Positions 32,059-44,048 of a stretch of 64,000 bases of DNA are shown here, in pieces. The notes under the pieces are model-generated. The model searched no databases and was not told the DNA's origin. It was given only the letters and a program-made list of their open reading frames with translations. The stretch is from NCBI GenBank assembly GCA_965262915.1, contig OZ253564.1:4384001-4448000 (forward strand), in the 5' to 3' direction. The DNA comes from Candidatus Spongiisociaceae bacterium (GTDB taxonomy: Bacteria; Actinomycetota; Acidimicrobiia; Spongiisociales; Spongiisociaceae). Both the position numbers and the translations under genes were made by a program. Position 1 is the first letter of the stretch. Every line of letters begins with the position of its first letter.

Positions 32059-33734
32059 CCCCCACCGGGAAGGGTCTGACACCCGACCAGATCAAGGGTC
32101 TGCTACGTATCCTCGACAGGGAGCTGGGTCGCGCTATGGACCTGGATGAGCCGCTGACGATGCTGGTGGTGGGCGGGGCGGCTATCTCTATGCAATGGGA
32201 TCCTGGGCGGTACACCAAAGACGTTGACGTGGTGTCCCAGGGCCTACCCCCGATGCTGTGGAAGGTGGTGGCCGACGTGGCCAAAAGCCGGGAAGGCGTG
32301 GCACTTGATTGGCTCAACGACGCCGCCCAGCTCATGGTGCCTGTCCCAGACTTCGACCCGGAGCCCACCCTGGTCTACGAAGGTCAGAACATCCACGTCT
32401 ACGGGGCGTCCGCCCGCTATGTGCTAGCCATGAAAGCTGTCTCCGCCAGGGTCACCGACATCGAGGACTTGCCCACCCTACTGACGGCCGGAGAGTTCGA
32501 CAGTTTCGACGAGGTGCTGGAGACGGTCGCTCAGGCACACGGCCGCACCCAGCTACCCGCCGTGACTCAGAACAAGCTCCGGCAGGCTTGGGACGACGCT
32601 CTCACCGCCGCCGCTATGCCCGAACGTGGGTACCTGTCGGTGAACCCCGACTACGACAACGCCTGGGGTTGGCAGCTAGTCGCACGGCATCCCGACGGTG
32701 AACCTATCGAACGGTCGGCCACCTACCCGACGAAAGAAGCAGCACGGTCGGTAGCCGATCTAGCGGTGGCCATACTCGACCCGGGGCAGCCGCTCTCGTT
32801 CGTCCCCTGGGCACCGGCGGTTCCCCCACCCGCCCCCATAGGCCGCGGACCCGCTGTTCGGGTCAGCGTCGCCCACAAGGACGAGGCGTGGCAGATACGG
32901 GCCGTCGACGCCGACGGTTACCTGACCGCCCTGTCCCAGCCCTACACGTCGCATCAGGAAGCCAACGAGGACCTGGCGTTCCTCGCAACGGTCAGCCAAG
33001 TGTGTCGCGTCGAGGTGGACTCACAGGGCCGCGGGGCCCGGTTACCCGTACAGGTCCACGACACCTGCGCCTGTGTCGATACCAACGCCTGCCGACACTA
33101 CGAGACCGCACCTCGGGTACTGGTCCACCACCAACCCGTCCCTGCTAACCCGATCACCGTTTCGGTGCGGGCAGACCGGGCTTCGACGTGGGGCTGGGAA
33201 CTGGTAGCGAACGACCCGGACGGGTCACCCCGCCAGGTCAACGGTCCCTACCCGACGGCGGAGACGGCAGAAGCGGCCCGTGACTTCGCTATGAGCGTTG
33301 TCAACAAGGACGCCCCCCTCCGAGTCGTCGGGTGGTCACCCGCAGATGTTACCGGCTGGGACGACACCGATTACACCGCCCCGGCAGCCGACGTTGCGGT
33401 CACCATCCAGCTGGCACCCGCAGCCGGGGTTGACACCTGGCAGCTGCAAGCAGCCGACCCCGACGGTACGGTGTTTGCGACGTCGCAGGAGTACCAGGGA
33501 TGGCAAACCGTCGCCGCCGCCCGCCACTGGCTGGGAATGCTGGGCGTCATGGCCGGTGACACCGCAGTGAACGGTCCGGTGAGGGACACGACCCTCCCCA
33601 CCAGTCGGGTCTGCGGTTGCGAGTCCCGTGGAGCCGAATGTCACCATCACAACCTCGCACCGGGAACCACATTGGAGGACCTGGCCCACCAGACCCGCCA
33701 GGAGCGACACCGCGGGCCGTCCCTCGGTCTCTGA
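31953..33734 (+). CDS. DUF6036-like nucleotidyltransferase fused to YegP/DUF1508-like repeats
   Basis: VVGGAA..TKDVD, WLND, LAMK..R..D.ED; four W.W/QL.A.dG..s..Y repeats; true start probably ~32060-32080. Confidence 0.7.
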   Translation: MASPPLCATVGLPPGTHPSSDARQRHPRLVAALGLTPTGKGLTPDQIKGLLRILDRELGRAMDLDEPLTMLVVGGAAISMQWDPGRYTKDVDVVSQGLPPMLWKVVADVAKSREGVALDWLNDAAQLMVPVPDFDPEPTLVYEGQNIHVYGASARYVLAMKAVSARVTDIEDLPTLLTAGEFDSFDEVLETVAQAHGRTQLPAVTQNKLRQAWDDALTAAAMPERGYLSVNPDYDNAWGWQLVARHPDGEPIERSATYPTKEAARSVADLAVAILDPGQPLSFVPWAPAVPPPAPIGRGPAVRVSVAHKDEAWQIRAVDADGYLTALSQPYTSHQEANEDLAFLATVSQVCRVEVDSQGRGARLPVQVHDTCACVDTNACRHYETAPRVLVHHQPVPANPITVSVRADRASTWGWELVANDPDGSPRQVNGPYPTAETAEAARDFAMSVVNKDAPLRVVGWSPADVTGWDDTDYTAPAADVAVTIQLAPAAGVDTWQLQAADPDGTVFATSQEYQGWQTVAAARHWLGMLGVMAGDTAVNGPVRDTTLPTSRVCGCESRGAECHHHNLAPGTTLEDLAHQTRQERHRGPSLGL

Positions 33735-33744
33735 TCTTCGGTAG

Positions 33745-33830
33745 TTAGCAGACGGCCCATCACAACACCTCCTACCCATCCCGACTGGTATTTCCAGACC
33801 TAGGTGTTGCGTTGACCCTCTGAGGCCACA
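33745..33830 (-). mobile_element. IS30-like left-end relic
   Basis: TGTGGCCTCAGAGGGTCAACGCAACAC; homologous to 43828-43910. Confidence 0.55.
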
Positions 33831-33852
33831 GTCCAAATATTCCGTTAACCCC
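33831..33852. repeat. Outer half of a Tn3-like IR
   Basis: Reverse complement GGGGTTAACGGAATATTTGGAC is 21/22 identical to 6332-6353. Confidence 0.7.
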
Positions 33853-34025
33853 ATCGAGGCGGCGGGACGCATCCGATCATTGACAGTGCTGGCGGTGGCA
33901 TCAGCGGCCACTTGGCCGGTGACCGCCACGACCAGGGGCCATACCTCGGGTCTCTGACCGTGTAGCCCACAACGGTCAGGTTGTCCGATCATTGGCGGTT
34001 GGCGGCACGGGCGCGGCGGTCAGGC

Positions 34026-35024
34026 TCAGAGGCTCAGCCCGCCGGATGGTCTAACCAGCTGTGGGGTGCTGTCGCGCGACCGGATCCGCACCCGCCGCTG
34101 GTAGAGCTCTTGGAGAGCGTCCCACGCGGTGCGGAGACGGGGATGAGCATCGAACAGTCTGTCGAGGTGCGCCTGGTGGGCTTCGGTTAGGTGATCGGCC
34201 CGGCGCAGGAGGGTGAAGCGGGCTCGGAACAGGTCCGGCTCGAACGTTGGGGGACGCCGGTGGGGGTCGCGGCGCTGCAGCTCTCTGCGTACCAGAGTGA
34301 GGCCTTGGGTGAACCAGCGTACGACGTGGAACCGGTCGAGCACATGGCGAGCAGCTGGCAGATACTGTGCGATTGCGGCCTGATATGAGCGGGACCCGTC
34401 GCTCACGACTATCTCCACCTGCCGGCACCACTGGGGTCCTTGATCCCTAAAGAACCTGGACAGCGACCCTTTCGTGCGACCTGGGATCATCGCCAGCACC
34501 TTGCCGCTGTCGCCACAGGCGACCACAGTCACATACCGGTGACGGCGCCGTATCGACGTTTCGTCGACCAACAGCACACGACACGGCCGGGCCCGGCGAC
34601 GCTGCGCCACCCGCTCCGAGTGGGCTCTCACCAACCCCATTATCCGATGCCACCCAACCCCGTGATGGCGGGACGCTGCCCGAATCGACATCACCGTTGC
34701 ATCCGCCACCAGGCGACGGGCGAACCGGCGGGTTAGGCCAGCTTCGAACTGGTCGTGGTCCTCGAGGTGCCGCTCGCCACAGTTCCCACATTCGAACCGG
34801 CGTCGCCGCCACACCAGCGTGGTGCGGCGGCCGCTCACCTCCAAGTCACGAACCCTCTTGGATCGCCGATCCCACACCCGTCGGCATTTGAACCCGCAAT
34901 GGCGGCACCGCGACCACTCCCGAGCCGATTCCACTTCGACCTCGAGACGCTCAACAGTGTCGACCCCCACCCTCATCACGCGAACACCCGACAAGTGCAG
35001 ACGAACGGACATAACATCAGACAT
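34026..35024 (-). pseudogene. Second ISL3-type transposase, truncated; its left IR is displaced to 38069-38084
   Basis: Zn finger, LVDE, SD, DRFH; C-terminus missing. Confidence 0.85.
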
Positions 35025-36499
35025 CGAGGCCTCTCCCTGGATCGGCGATGTTGGCTATTCACCGATTCCAGCGGGGCCTCACCCCCATTCCAAGGATTTC
35101 ACCCCACCCAACCCACGATGCTCCTATGTTTTGCAAATCGGTTGTTGGGTGAGCCAGTGTTGGTATCGGGTAGCGAGGTGGTGGTTGTGGTGGAGGCCTC
35201 GTTCGAGTTGTGATAGGACGGTGGGCTGCGTGTCGAGGTGGTGGGCGGCGCGGGTGAGGGTGATTCGGGCTTGGGTTCGGCGGTGGCGTAGGTCGGTTCC
35301 GTGGGGTGTTGGGGGCGGGTCGGTGAGGAGGTGGTATATCTCGCGGGCGATGTGGCGTTTCAGGCAGCGGATTATTTCGGTGTGGGTTTTTCCTTCCGCT
35401 TCGCGTCTGGTGACATATTCTTTGGTGGCAGCGTCGGTGCGCATTCGGTTGGTAGCGCATCGGCCATAGCGCGTTGTTTGCTTGGCGGTTGCCGCCTCGG
35501 TTGAGACGGTGCCGCACTATCGGTCCCGATGATGCGGCTACGGGGCTGAGGGCGCAGAGGGCCGCGAAGGCTGCTTCTGAGTTCATACGTCGTGGGTTGT
35601 CACCAGCAGCGACCAGGAGAGCAGCGGCGGTGTCGGGTCCTACTCCGTAGGCGGCCAGCAACGCAGGGTTGGCCCGTGCGCAGAGACCGCGGATCTGTTT
35701 GTCGACCTGTGTGATCTCGGTGTCTAGATTCTGGTATCGGCGGGCTAGAAGCCGCAGTGCCCGCTTGGCGTATGCCGCAGTGGTCTGCGCTGTGGCTGGA
35801 CGGAAGCGGGCACAGACCTTGACCTGTGTCCGGGTCGGGAGATCCCGGAGTTGGTGTTTGACCTGCTCAGGAGCGGTTACTACCAGAGCGTGCAGCTGGT
35901 TGGCGGCCTGGGTGCGGGCTTTGACCGCGGAGCGGCGAACTACCCGCAGCATCCTGGTGGCTTCTACCGGTCCGTCGCCCGTCTTGGGTAGGGCGGTCGC
36001 TTCACCGTTGAGAGCAGCCCGGGCTGCTGCCTCAGCGTCGGTGGTGTCATCCTTGCCCCGCCGCCGGCGAAGCTGGCGGTTGGGACGGTTCACCTCCACC
36101 ACACCGATACCCGCCTCGGTGAGATGACGTGTGAGCCCAGCGCCGTAGCTGCCCGTTCCCCCCACCCCGACCCGGCAGATCCGACCCCACGACTCCATCG
36201 GGGCGACCAGTTGGGCATAACCGGAGGTATCAGCCCCGAACTGGGCGGATCCCAACAGGCGACCCGCGCCATCCACCACCGCCCCAACGTGGAAATCCCG
36301 ATGTGTGTCCACCCCGCCAACCACACCTACCCCATCGGCCCTAACTTGCTCCGCCATGTGCTCGCCTTTCGTCGGCTGCCTAGAATCCAACCCCCGGAGC
36401 CGGGCAGAGCGGCGGACAGAACACTCACGGTGCAAAAGTCGAAGGCTCCTAATGGGGGTCCACCACTTCTGCCGGTGTTTCTGGGAGGGTGTGGTGGTT

Positions 36500-36660
36500 G
36501 AGCTGGCTGGCCGGTGAGTACTCCAGGCTCCTGGAACGTTGATTCCTGCTGATAGATCGTGCCCCGGCCGGTGAGTGAGGGCCGCTTGTAGCGCTCATGG
36601 GGTGGCGTGCCACAGAGCACTGATCCATTAGGTCGCCGCCAGGCGTTCTCCACAGCTCAG
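36500..36660 (+). ncRNA. Putative bridge RNA of IS110-B
   Basis: AGGCTCCT and TGATAG match the target; TGGGGTG and CCATTAG match the donor; boundaries approximate. Confidence 0.78.
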
Positions 36661-36694
36661 CAGAGAGTGGACCCGCGCAAGGAAGGGGCGAAGG

Positions 36695-37915
36695 ATGATC
36701 TTTGTGGGTAACGACTGGGCTGAGGGACATCACGATGTGTATCTCATGGACGAGGAGGGAGCCCGCCTGGGGTTCTCCCGTCTACCGGAGGGCCTGGCGG
36801 GTGTGGCCCGCTTGCACGAGATGGTCGCCAAACACGCATCGGATGCGGCCGAGGTGGTGGTAGGGATCGAGACCGACCGTGGTCTGTGGGTCGGTGCTCT
36901 GGTCGGGGCGGGTTATCAGGTGTATGCGATCAACCCGATGGCAGTTTCCCGTTACCGGGACCGTCACCGCCAGGGTGGAGCCAAATCAGACCGAGGAGAC
37001 GCCAAGGTGTTAGCCGATCTGGTACGCACCGACCGTCACAACCACCGTCCGGTAGCCGGGGACAGCCCCGAATCGGAAGGTATCAAGATCATGGCCCGTG
37101 CCCATCAGAACCTGATCTGGGCGCGGACCCGCCACACCAACCAGATGCGCAACGCGCTGCGCGAGTACTACCCTGCAGCCCTGGAAACGTTCGATGACCT
37201 GGCCCATCGCGACGCCCTAGCCATACTCGGTCGGGCACCCACCCCCACCCGGGGCGCCCGCCTGACACTTCCCCAGATCAGAGCAGCGGTACAGAGAGGC
37301 GGACGGAAACGCAACCTCGACAAGGTTGCCCGCCGCATACAGAAAGGCCTCAGAGGTGCCCACCTCACCGCACCCGGGCCGGTCGCGGACGCCTTCGGGA
37401 CGATCGTTGCTTCGCTGGTCAAGATCATCGCGGAAACCAACCGCCAGATCGCCGACCTCGAAGAAACCCTCGAGACCCATTTTGAAGAACACCCGGACGC
37501 CGTCATCTACCACTCCCAGCCAGGACTCGGTACCGTGCTCGGCGCCCGGGCGCTCGGTGAGTTCGGGGATGACCCCGACCGCTACACCAGCGCCAAGTCT
37601 CGCAGAAACTACGCCGGCACGTCGCCCATCACCATCGCATCAGGCCGCAAACACGCCGTCGTTGCCCGCCAGGTCCGCAACCGGCGACTCCCCAACGCTT
37701 TGGACCAATGGGCATTCTGTTCCCTCAACAACAGTCCAGGAGCGCGAGCCTTCTACGACCAACGAAAAGCAGCCGGCGACCTCCACCACCAAGCACTACG
37801 AGCCCTCGCCAACCGGCTCGTCGGCATCCTCCACGGCTGCCTCAAACACCGAACCCCCTACGACGAACACACCGCCTGGGCACACCGAACCATGCTCGAC
37901 CGAGCCGCAGCTTGA
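36695..37915 (+). CDS. IS110 recombinase (different clade, intact ORF)
   Basis: GNDWA, GIET, KSDRGDA, ASG. Confidence 0.92.
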   Translation: MIFVGNDWAEGHHDVYLMDEEGARLGFSRLPEGLAGVARLHEMVAKHASDAAEVVVGIETDRGLWVGALVGAGYQVYAINPMAVSRYRDRHRQGGAKSDRGDAKVLADLVRTDRHNHRPVAGDSPESEGIKIMARAHQNLIWARTRHTNQMRNALREYYPAALETFDDLAHRDALAILGRAPTPTRGARLTLPQIRAAVQRGGRKRNLDKVARRIQKGLRGAHLTAPGPVADAFGTIVASLVKIIAETNRQIADLEETLETHFEEHPDAVIYHSQPGLGTVLGARALGEFGDDPDRYTSAKSRRNYAGTSPITIASGRKHAVVARQVRNRRLPNALDQWAFCSLNNSPGARAFYDQRKAAGDLHHQALRALANRLVGILHGCLKHRTPYDEHTAWAHRTMLDRAAA

Positions 37916-38109
37916 CATTTACGCTCCTGGGGTGTCTATCAAGTCACCCCGCTCCCCGGTTCAGGGTTCCCACCCGGGGCCAGGTCGACAGATCGTGGGA
38001 AAGGCACCAAAGGCCAGTTTTCGCGTGAGTCAGACCCGGCCCCAACCGGAAACCCTATAAGTATGAGTGTTTCCGCGCAGGGCCAACTACTCATCTAGGC
38101 TAGGCTGTC

Positions 38110-38349
38110 ATGTGGCACAACAATCCGAAGGTCCACTACAAGTGTGAGGGCCTCGAGTCGGGTCCTTGTGAAAAGCGGCATCATGACCTTATGACAGCGG
38201 TTCACCATACGGACAAGTACAACCGGCGGGTTTCGATGGACAATCCGAGGGCGGTGGGGGATCGGGTAGTGATCGCCCATGGCGACCTTGATCCGTTGCC
38301 CTATCCAGTGCGGGCCGCACAACCCTGCGACTGCCCCACCGATCATTGA
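38110..38349 (+). CDS. Small His/Cys-rich hypothetical protein
   Basis: 79-aa ORF just upstream of the SLH gene. Confidence 0.35.
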   Translation: MWHNNPKVHYKCEGLESGPCEKRHHDLMTAVHHTDKYNRRVSMDNPRAVGDRVVIAHGDLDPLPYPVRAAQPCDCPTDH

Positions 38350-38370
38350 GGCCGGGAGACGGGGAACGGT

Positions 38371-40336
<1,966 letters not shown>

Positions 40337-40779
40337 AACACCCCCCAGGCCATCTCTGTGACAGGGGGACAGAGCCCTGCCCGCCGAGGGATCACCGTAT
40401 GGAGCCGCTCGGACCGCTGGCGGCCCGGCTCCGGCCAATCGCTCCGCTCCAGATCGTCGGGCTCCACGGCGGCCACCACCACGTACTCGTCGGCCACCGT
40501 CACCAGGAGACCCGAGTGGCCGAGGTCGTAGCCGGTATAAGCCACCACCCGCCGGCCCACTAGCCAGCGGAGCAACGTGTGCAGGTCTACGGGCGGGTCA
40601 GCCATGCCGGCGGACCCTACTACTGGGAGGCGTTGAGGTCCACGGGGCTCAAACTCCGTGCCACCGGAGGACCCTTCCGCTGTGGGCTTCTGGGGGCCGG
40701 GCCACCGACGGGGCCAACCGCCACGACAGCGTCCTGTTCAAACCCACCCTTGACCAGGTGATTCCCGAGGTCTCGTTCT

Positions 40780-41157
40780 CGACATCGAGACCCTGCACCT
40801 AGACCGGGCCTATGACAGCAAAGCGGTGCAGGCTCTCTGCGAAGCCGCCGGGATCACCGATGTGATATGCGCCAAAAAACGGCCACGAGGCCAAGCCAAC
40901 CACACCAAGCAACCAACCCCCCTCGGGTATGCGCTGGACCGTCGAGCGGACCAACTCATGGCTCTCCAACTACGGGCAACTCCGCCGCAACACCAACCGG
41001 CGTATCCAACACCGGCTAACACAACTCGCCCTCGCCATCGTACTGATCATCACCATCAAACTCATCAACTGGTGAAACCGCTGGAACCCCACCAACTAAC
41101 CTATCCGCGCACGTTCTCAACCAAAACAGTCTCCGATGAAACCCGGGTGCGGTTCAA
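40780..41157 (+). mobile_element. IS5-family 3' relic followed by an IS3 right-end relic
   Basis: LDRAYDS..RWTVERTNSWL; IR ..CCGGGTGCGGTTCA at 41157. Confidence 0.6.
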
Positions 41158-41193
41158 TCTCAATGTATACCACGTCTGAACGGAGAGGCTCCT

Positions 41194-42942
41194 GTGGCTA
41201 AAGGATCGGAAGAACCACGACGCCGAGGTCCCCATCCGTTGCTGGCCGCGGCTCTTTCCGTGGTCTGGCCTGGATTGGGGCACTTCGGACATGATACCCG
41301 CCGAGGGCTGATGCTAGCCAGCGCAACGCTTGTCACCGTCGTGATCGGACTCGTCTACACCTTAACGCGGGGCGTGACGACTCTGCTTGCTTGGAGCGTG
41401 ACTCGGTTATCGCTCCAGGTTCTCATCGCCGGCGTTCTATGTGTTCTGGTGTTTCGGGTCGTGGTTACTGTTGACGCATACAGAACTGTGGCACGTGGGT
41501 GCCGACCGCAACATTGGAGCGCGCACCGCCGATTCGGAACCTTGGCCATGCTCGTGTTGCTGGCCGTGATCGTCGCCGTGCCACATGTCATCGCTATCCG
41601 ATTCGCTGTAGCTCAGCTTGGCCTGTTGTCCGGCGTCTTCGATGCAACAGACACGCAGACCGCGATTGCGACTCCAGTTCCCATCACCATCGTTCCGGCG
41701 ACTCTGCCTCTGGCTGCTACGACCGGACTGCCCGAATCGTCTGTTCCGGTTGCGCAGACGACCTCTGTGCCCTCGACTATGGCTCCTTCCACGACGGTGC
41801 CGCCACCTGCTCGCGACGGAGCTGATCGACTGGCCAGCGCCGTCGCGATGCCCGAATCGTCTGTTCCGGTTGCGCAGACGACCTCTGTGCCCTCGACTAT
41901 GGCTCCTTCCACGACGGTGCCGTCACCTGCTCGCGACGGAGCTGATCGACTGGCCAGCGCCGTCGCGATGCCCGAATCGTCTGTTCCGGTTGCGCAGACG
42001 ACCTCTGTGCCCTCGACTATGGCTCCTTCCACGACGGTGCCGTCACCTGCTCGCGACGGAGCTGATCGACTCACGATTGCTTTGCTTGGAGGCGACGGCG
42101 GATTCGGCCGCACAGGCGTACGAACCGATACGATCATCGTACTGTCGATCGATACGGTCACCGGCGACGCCGCCGCGTTCAACGTGCCGCGTAACTGGAG
42201 CCGTCTCACGTTCCCCGATGGGACACCCGCATCCCAACGATGGCCCGACGGTTACCCGGATCTCGCCAACGCGGTGTACGGCGCGGGGTTGAGATTCCCT
42301 GGGGTGTTCCCGGGTGTCGAGGATACAGCCGGCCATGCGATCAAGTCAGCCCTCGCTCAACTGACCGGGCTCCCCATCCAATACTATGTGCTCGTCGACA
42401 TGGTGGGATTTGTTGACGCTATCGACTTGTTCGGCGGTATCGACATACATGTCACCGAAGCGATCAACGACCGGATCAAGCCCATCGAACCCAACGGCCC
42501 ACACATCGACATTGTGGTTAAGCCCGGCGACTACCACTTCGACGGTCTGACCGCCCTCGGTTACGTGCGTTCCCGAACCACGAGCTCGGACTACCACCGC
42601 ATGACCCGCCAACGATGCGTGGTGGAAGCATTGATCGACCAGATCACGCTCGCAGAGATGCTGGCAAACTTCCTGGCGCTCACCGACATCATCTCCGACC
42701 ACATCAAAACCGACATACCACTCGACCGGCTAAACGAACTCATCATCCTCGGAGATAAGCTTGACACTTCCAGAATTGTCACCGTCAACTTCATCCCCCC
42801 CGAGTTCCCGCGCGGTCGTGCACCGATCACCCGAGTACGCGAGGCTGTCACCCAAGCACTTCAAGGCGCCACGAACCAGACCAACAGTTCTCTCGTCGAC
42901 AGCTGCCACGGGCCACAGGGACTACCCCACCGCCTTCACTAG
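41194..42942 (+). CDS. LCP (LytR-CpsA-Psr) family protein
   Basis: TM helices; LLGGD..RTDTI, PRN, YVRSR..SDYHRM.RQ. Confidence 0.9.
   Translation: MAKGSEEPRRRGPHPLLAAALSVVWPGLGHFGHDTRRGLMLASATLVTVVIGLVYTLTRGVTTLLAWSVTRLSLQVLIAGVLCVLVFRVVVTVDAYRTVARGCRPQHWSAHRRFGTLAMLVLLAVIVAVPHVIAIRFAVAQLGLLSGVFDATDTQTAIATPVPITIVPATLPLAATTGLPESSVPVAQTTSVPSTMAPSTTVPPPARDGADRLASAVAMPESSVPVAQTTSVPSTMAPSTTVPSPARDGADRLASAVAMPESSVPVAQTTSVPSTMAPSTTVPSPARDGADRLTIALLGGDGGFGRTGVRTDTIIVLSIDTVTGDAAAFNVPRNWSRLTFPDGTPASQRWPDGYPDLANAVYGAGLRFPGVFPGVEDTAGHAIKSALAQLTGLPIQYYVLVDMVGFVDAIDLFGGIDIHVTEAINDRIKPIEPNGPHIDIVVKPGDYHFDGLTALGYVRSRTTSSDYHRMTRQRCVVEALIDQITLAEMLANFLALTDIISDHIKTDIPLDRLNELIILGDKLDTSRIVTVNFIPPEFPRGRAPITRVREAVTQALQGATNQTNSSLVDSCHGPQGLPHRLH
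41729..42071 (+). repeat. Three 120-bp (40-aa) tandem repeats in the LCP linker
   Basis: PESSVPVAQTTSVPSTMAPSTTVP.PARDGADRL x3. Confidence 0.95.
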
Positions 42943-43024
42943 AACAATAATAGCCACCATCACCAAGTCACGTCCAAGCATATCCCCCTCAGAAGTCGCC
43001 AGCACCCGACCACGGCGGGGGGCA

Positions 43025-43112
43025 TCACACCCCAGGCCGGAGACAGGCCGACAGATCATAGAAAAGGCACAACGGCCAGTTTGTCAAAGGGTCAGACCTG
43101 TCCCCGGCCCAA
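43025..43112 (-). ncRNA. Orphan IS110-A-type target-binding hairpin
   Basis: Scaffold aligns with A1-A3; different guides; no recombinase nearby. Confidence 0.6.
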
Positions 43113-43199
43113 GACCGCTACCGGTACGGTTCAGTCCGCACTTCGGGCAAGCCGATACGGGGTTGGCTGAGCATCGGCGCCAAATCGGGGTTACCGTCG

Positions 43200-43387
43200 A
43201 ACATGGACAAAGGACAACGGTTTCGTTCAGCCACTCGCGCCCCACTGCCATACCGCCGGTTGATCACCTCAGCAAAGTCGTGAGATGTGAGAGTGAAGCA
43301 CCGCCCCAAGTCGTCGGTATCAACATGGTTCGGGAACCTGGCCAAGACGTCGCGGTCGGCTACTTTGAGAAACCCTCCACGCCCCAA
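43200..43387 (-). pseudogene. Tn3-family transposase N-terminal (DUF4158-like) relic
   Basis: FL...R..L.RFP......DL.R.FTL...D...I.RR. Confidence 0.55.
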
Positions 43388-43429
43388 GAATCCCCCCTAG
43401 CGAGGTAGAGATACCCCACCGACTACCAC

Positions 43430-43610
43430 CAGGCCGGCTTCGGTGGCCAGTTCCTCCAATGACCCGAACACCGGGCCGGCAGCCTCCATATACCCGATAC
43501 CCGGGCCGTCGGCCTTCAGCAGCAGTACCCACCAACCCGCCGATCACCGCAGCTGTAACCGCGACGACCGCGAGCATCCTCGCCTTGTAGAGCTGCCTAC
43601 TCACTTGCAT
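43430..43610 (-). pseudogene. Remnant paralog of 25966-26631
   Basis: MQVSRQLYKARMLAVVA versus MTASRQLYRARMLIVVA. Confidence 0.6.
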
Positions 43611-44048
43611 GCCTCTCGTCTCCCCTCGGCGTCTACAAGTGGGTCCCCCTGGTCTGGTCACTAGTAGAGAGCGTCCACGCCGTTCTGGACGTCGGCGGCA
43701 GAGAACGACCTCCAGAAGTTCAGCGCCTAGGCGATGTTCATGACCCACACAGGGAGCGTCGATCGCTGAGACCACACCCATGGCCGAGTCCATACACCGA
43801 TACGCACCCAAACCGTTGTGTTTTATCTGTGGCCTCAGAGGGTCAACGCAACACCCTGGGCTGGAAATACCGGCTGGGATGAGTTGGAGGTGTCGTGGTG
43901 GGCCGCCAGACGGACGATCCGGTGTGAAGCAGTACGAGATGGACGCACCTGTCTTTGGCAGAATGGACTTGAAGTCGGGAACGTGTCTAGCTGACCGGTT
44001 GCGATGCCTTGCTCGGAGTGGTGTCACGTCCTGAGATTGTGGGGGATG

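Larger units (their letters stand above)
36449..37937 (+). mobile_element. IS110 element B
   Basis: CT core at both ends; removing it restores the A3 non-coding end. Confidence 0.9.
35117..38068 (-). mobile_element. IS110 element A3 (frameshifted recombinase 35124-36357) interrupted by IS110-B
   Basis: Same ends as A1/A2 (ACTCATAC..CATAGGAGCATC). Confidence 0.88.

Noticed and set aside
41729-42071. Possible CRISPR array
   Set aside because: Contiguous in-frame 120-bp coding repeats with no unique spacers; no cas genes in the window.
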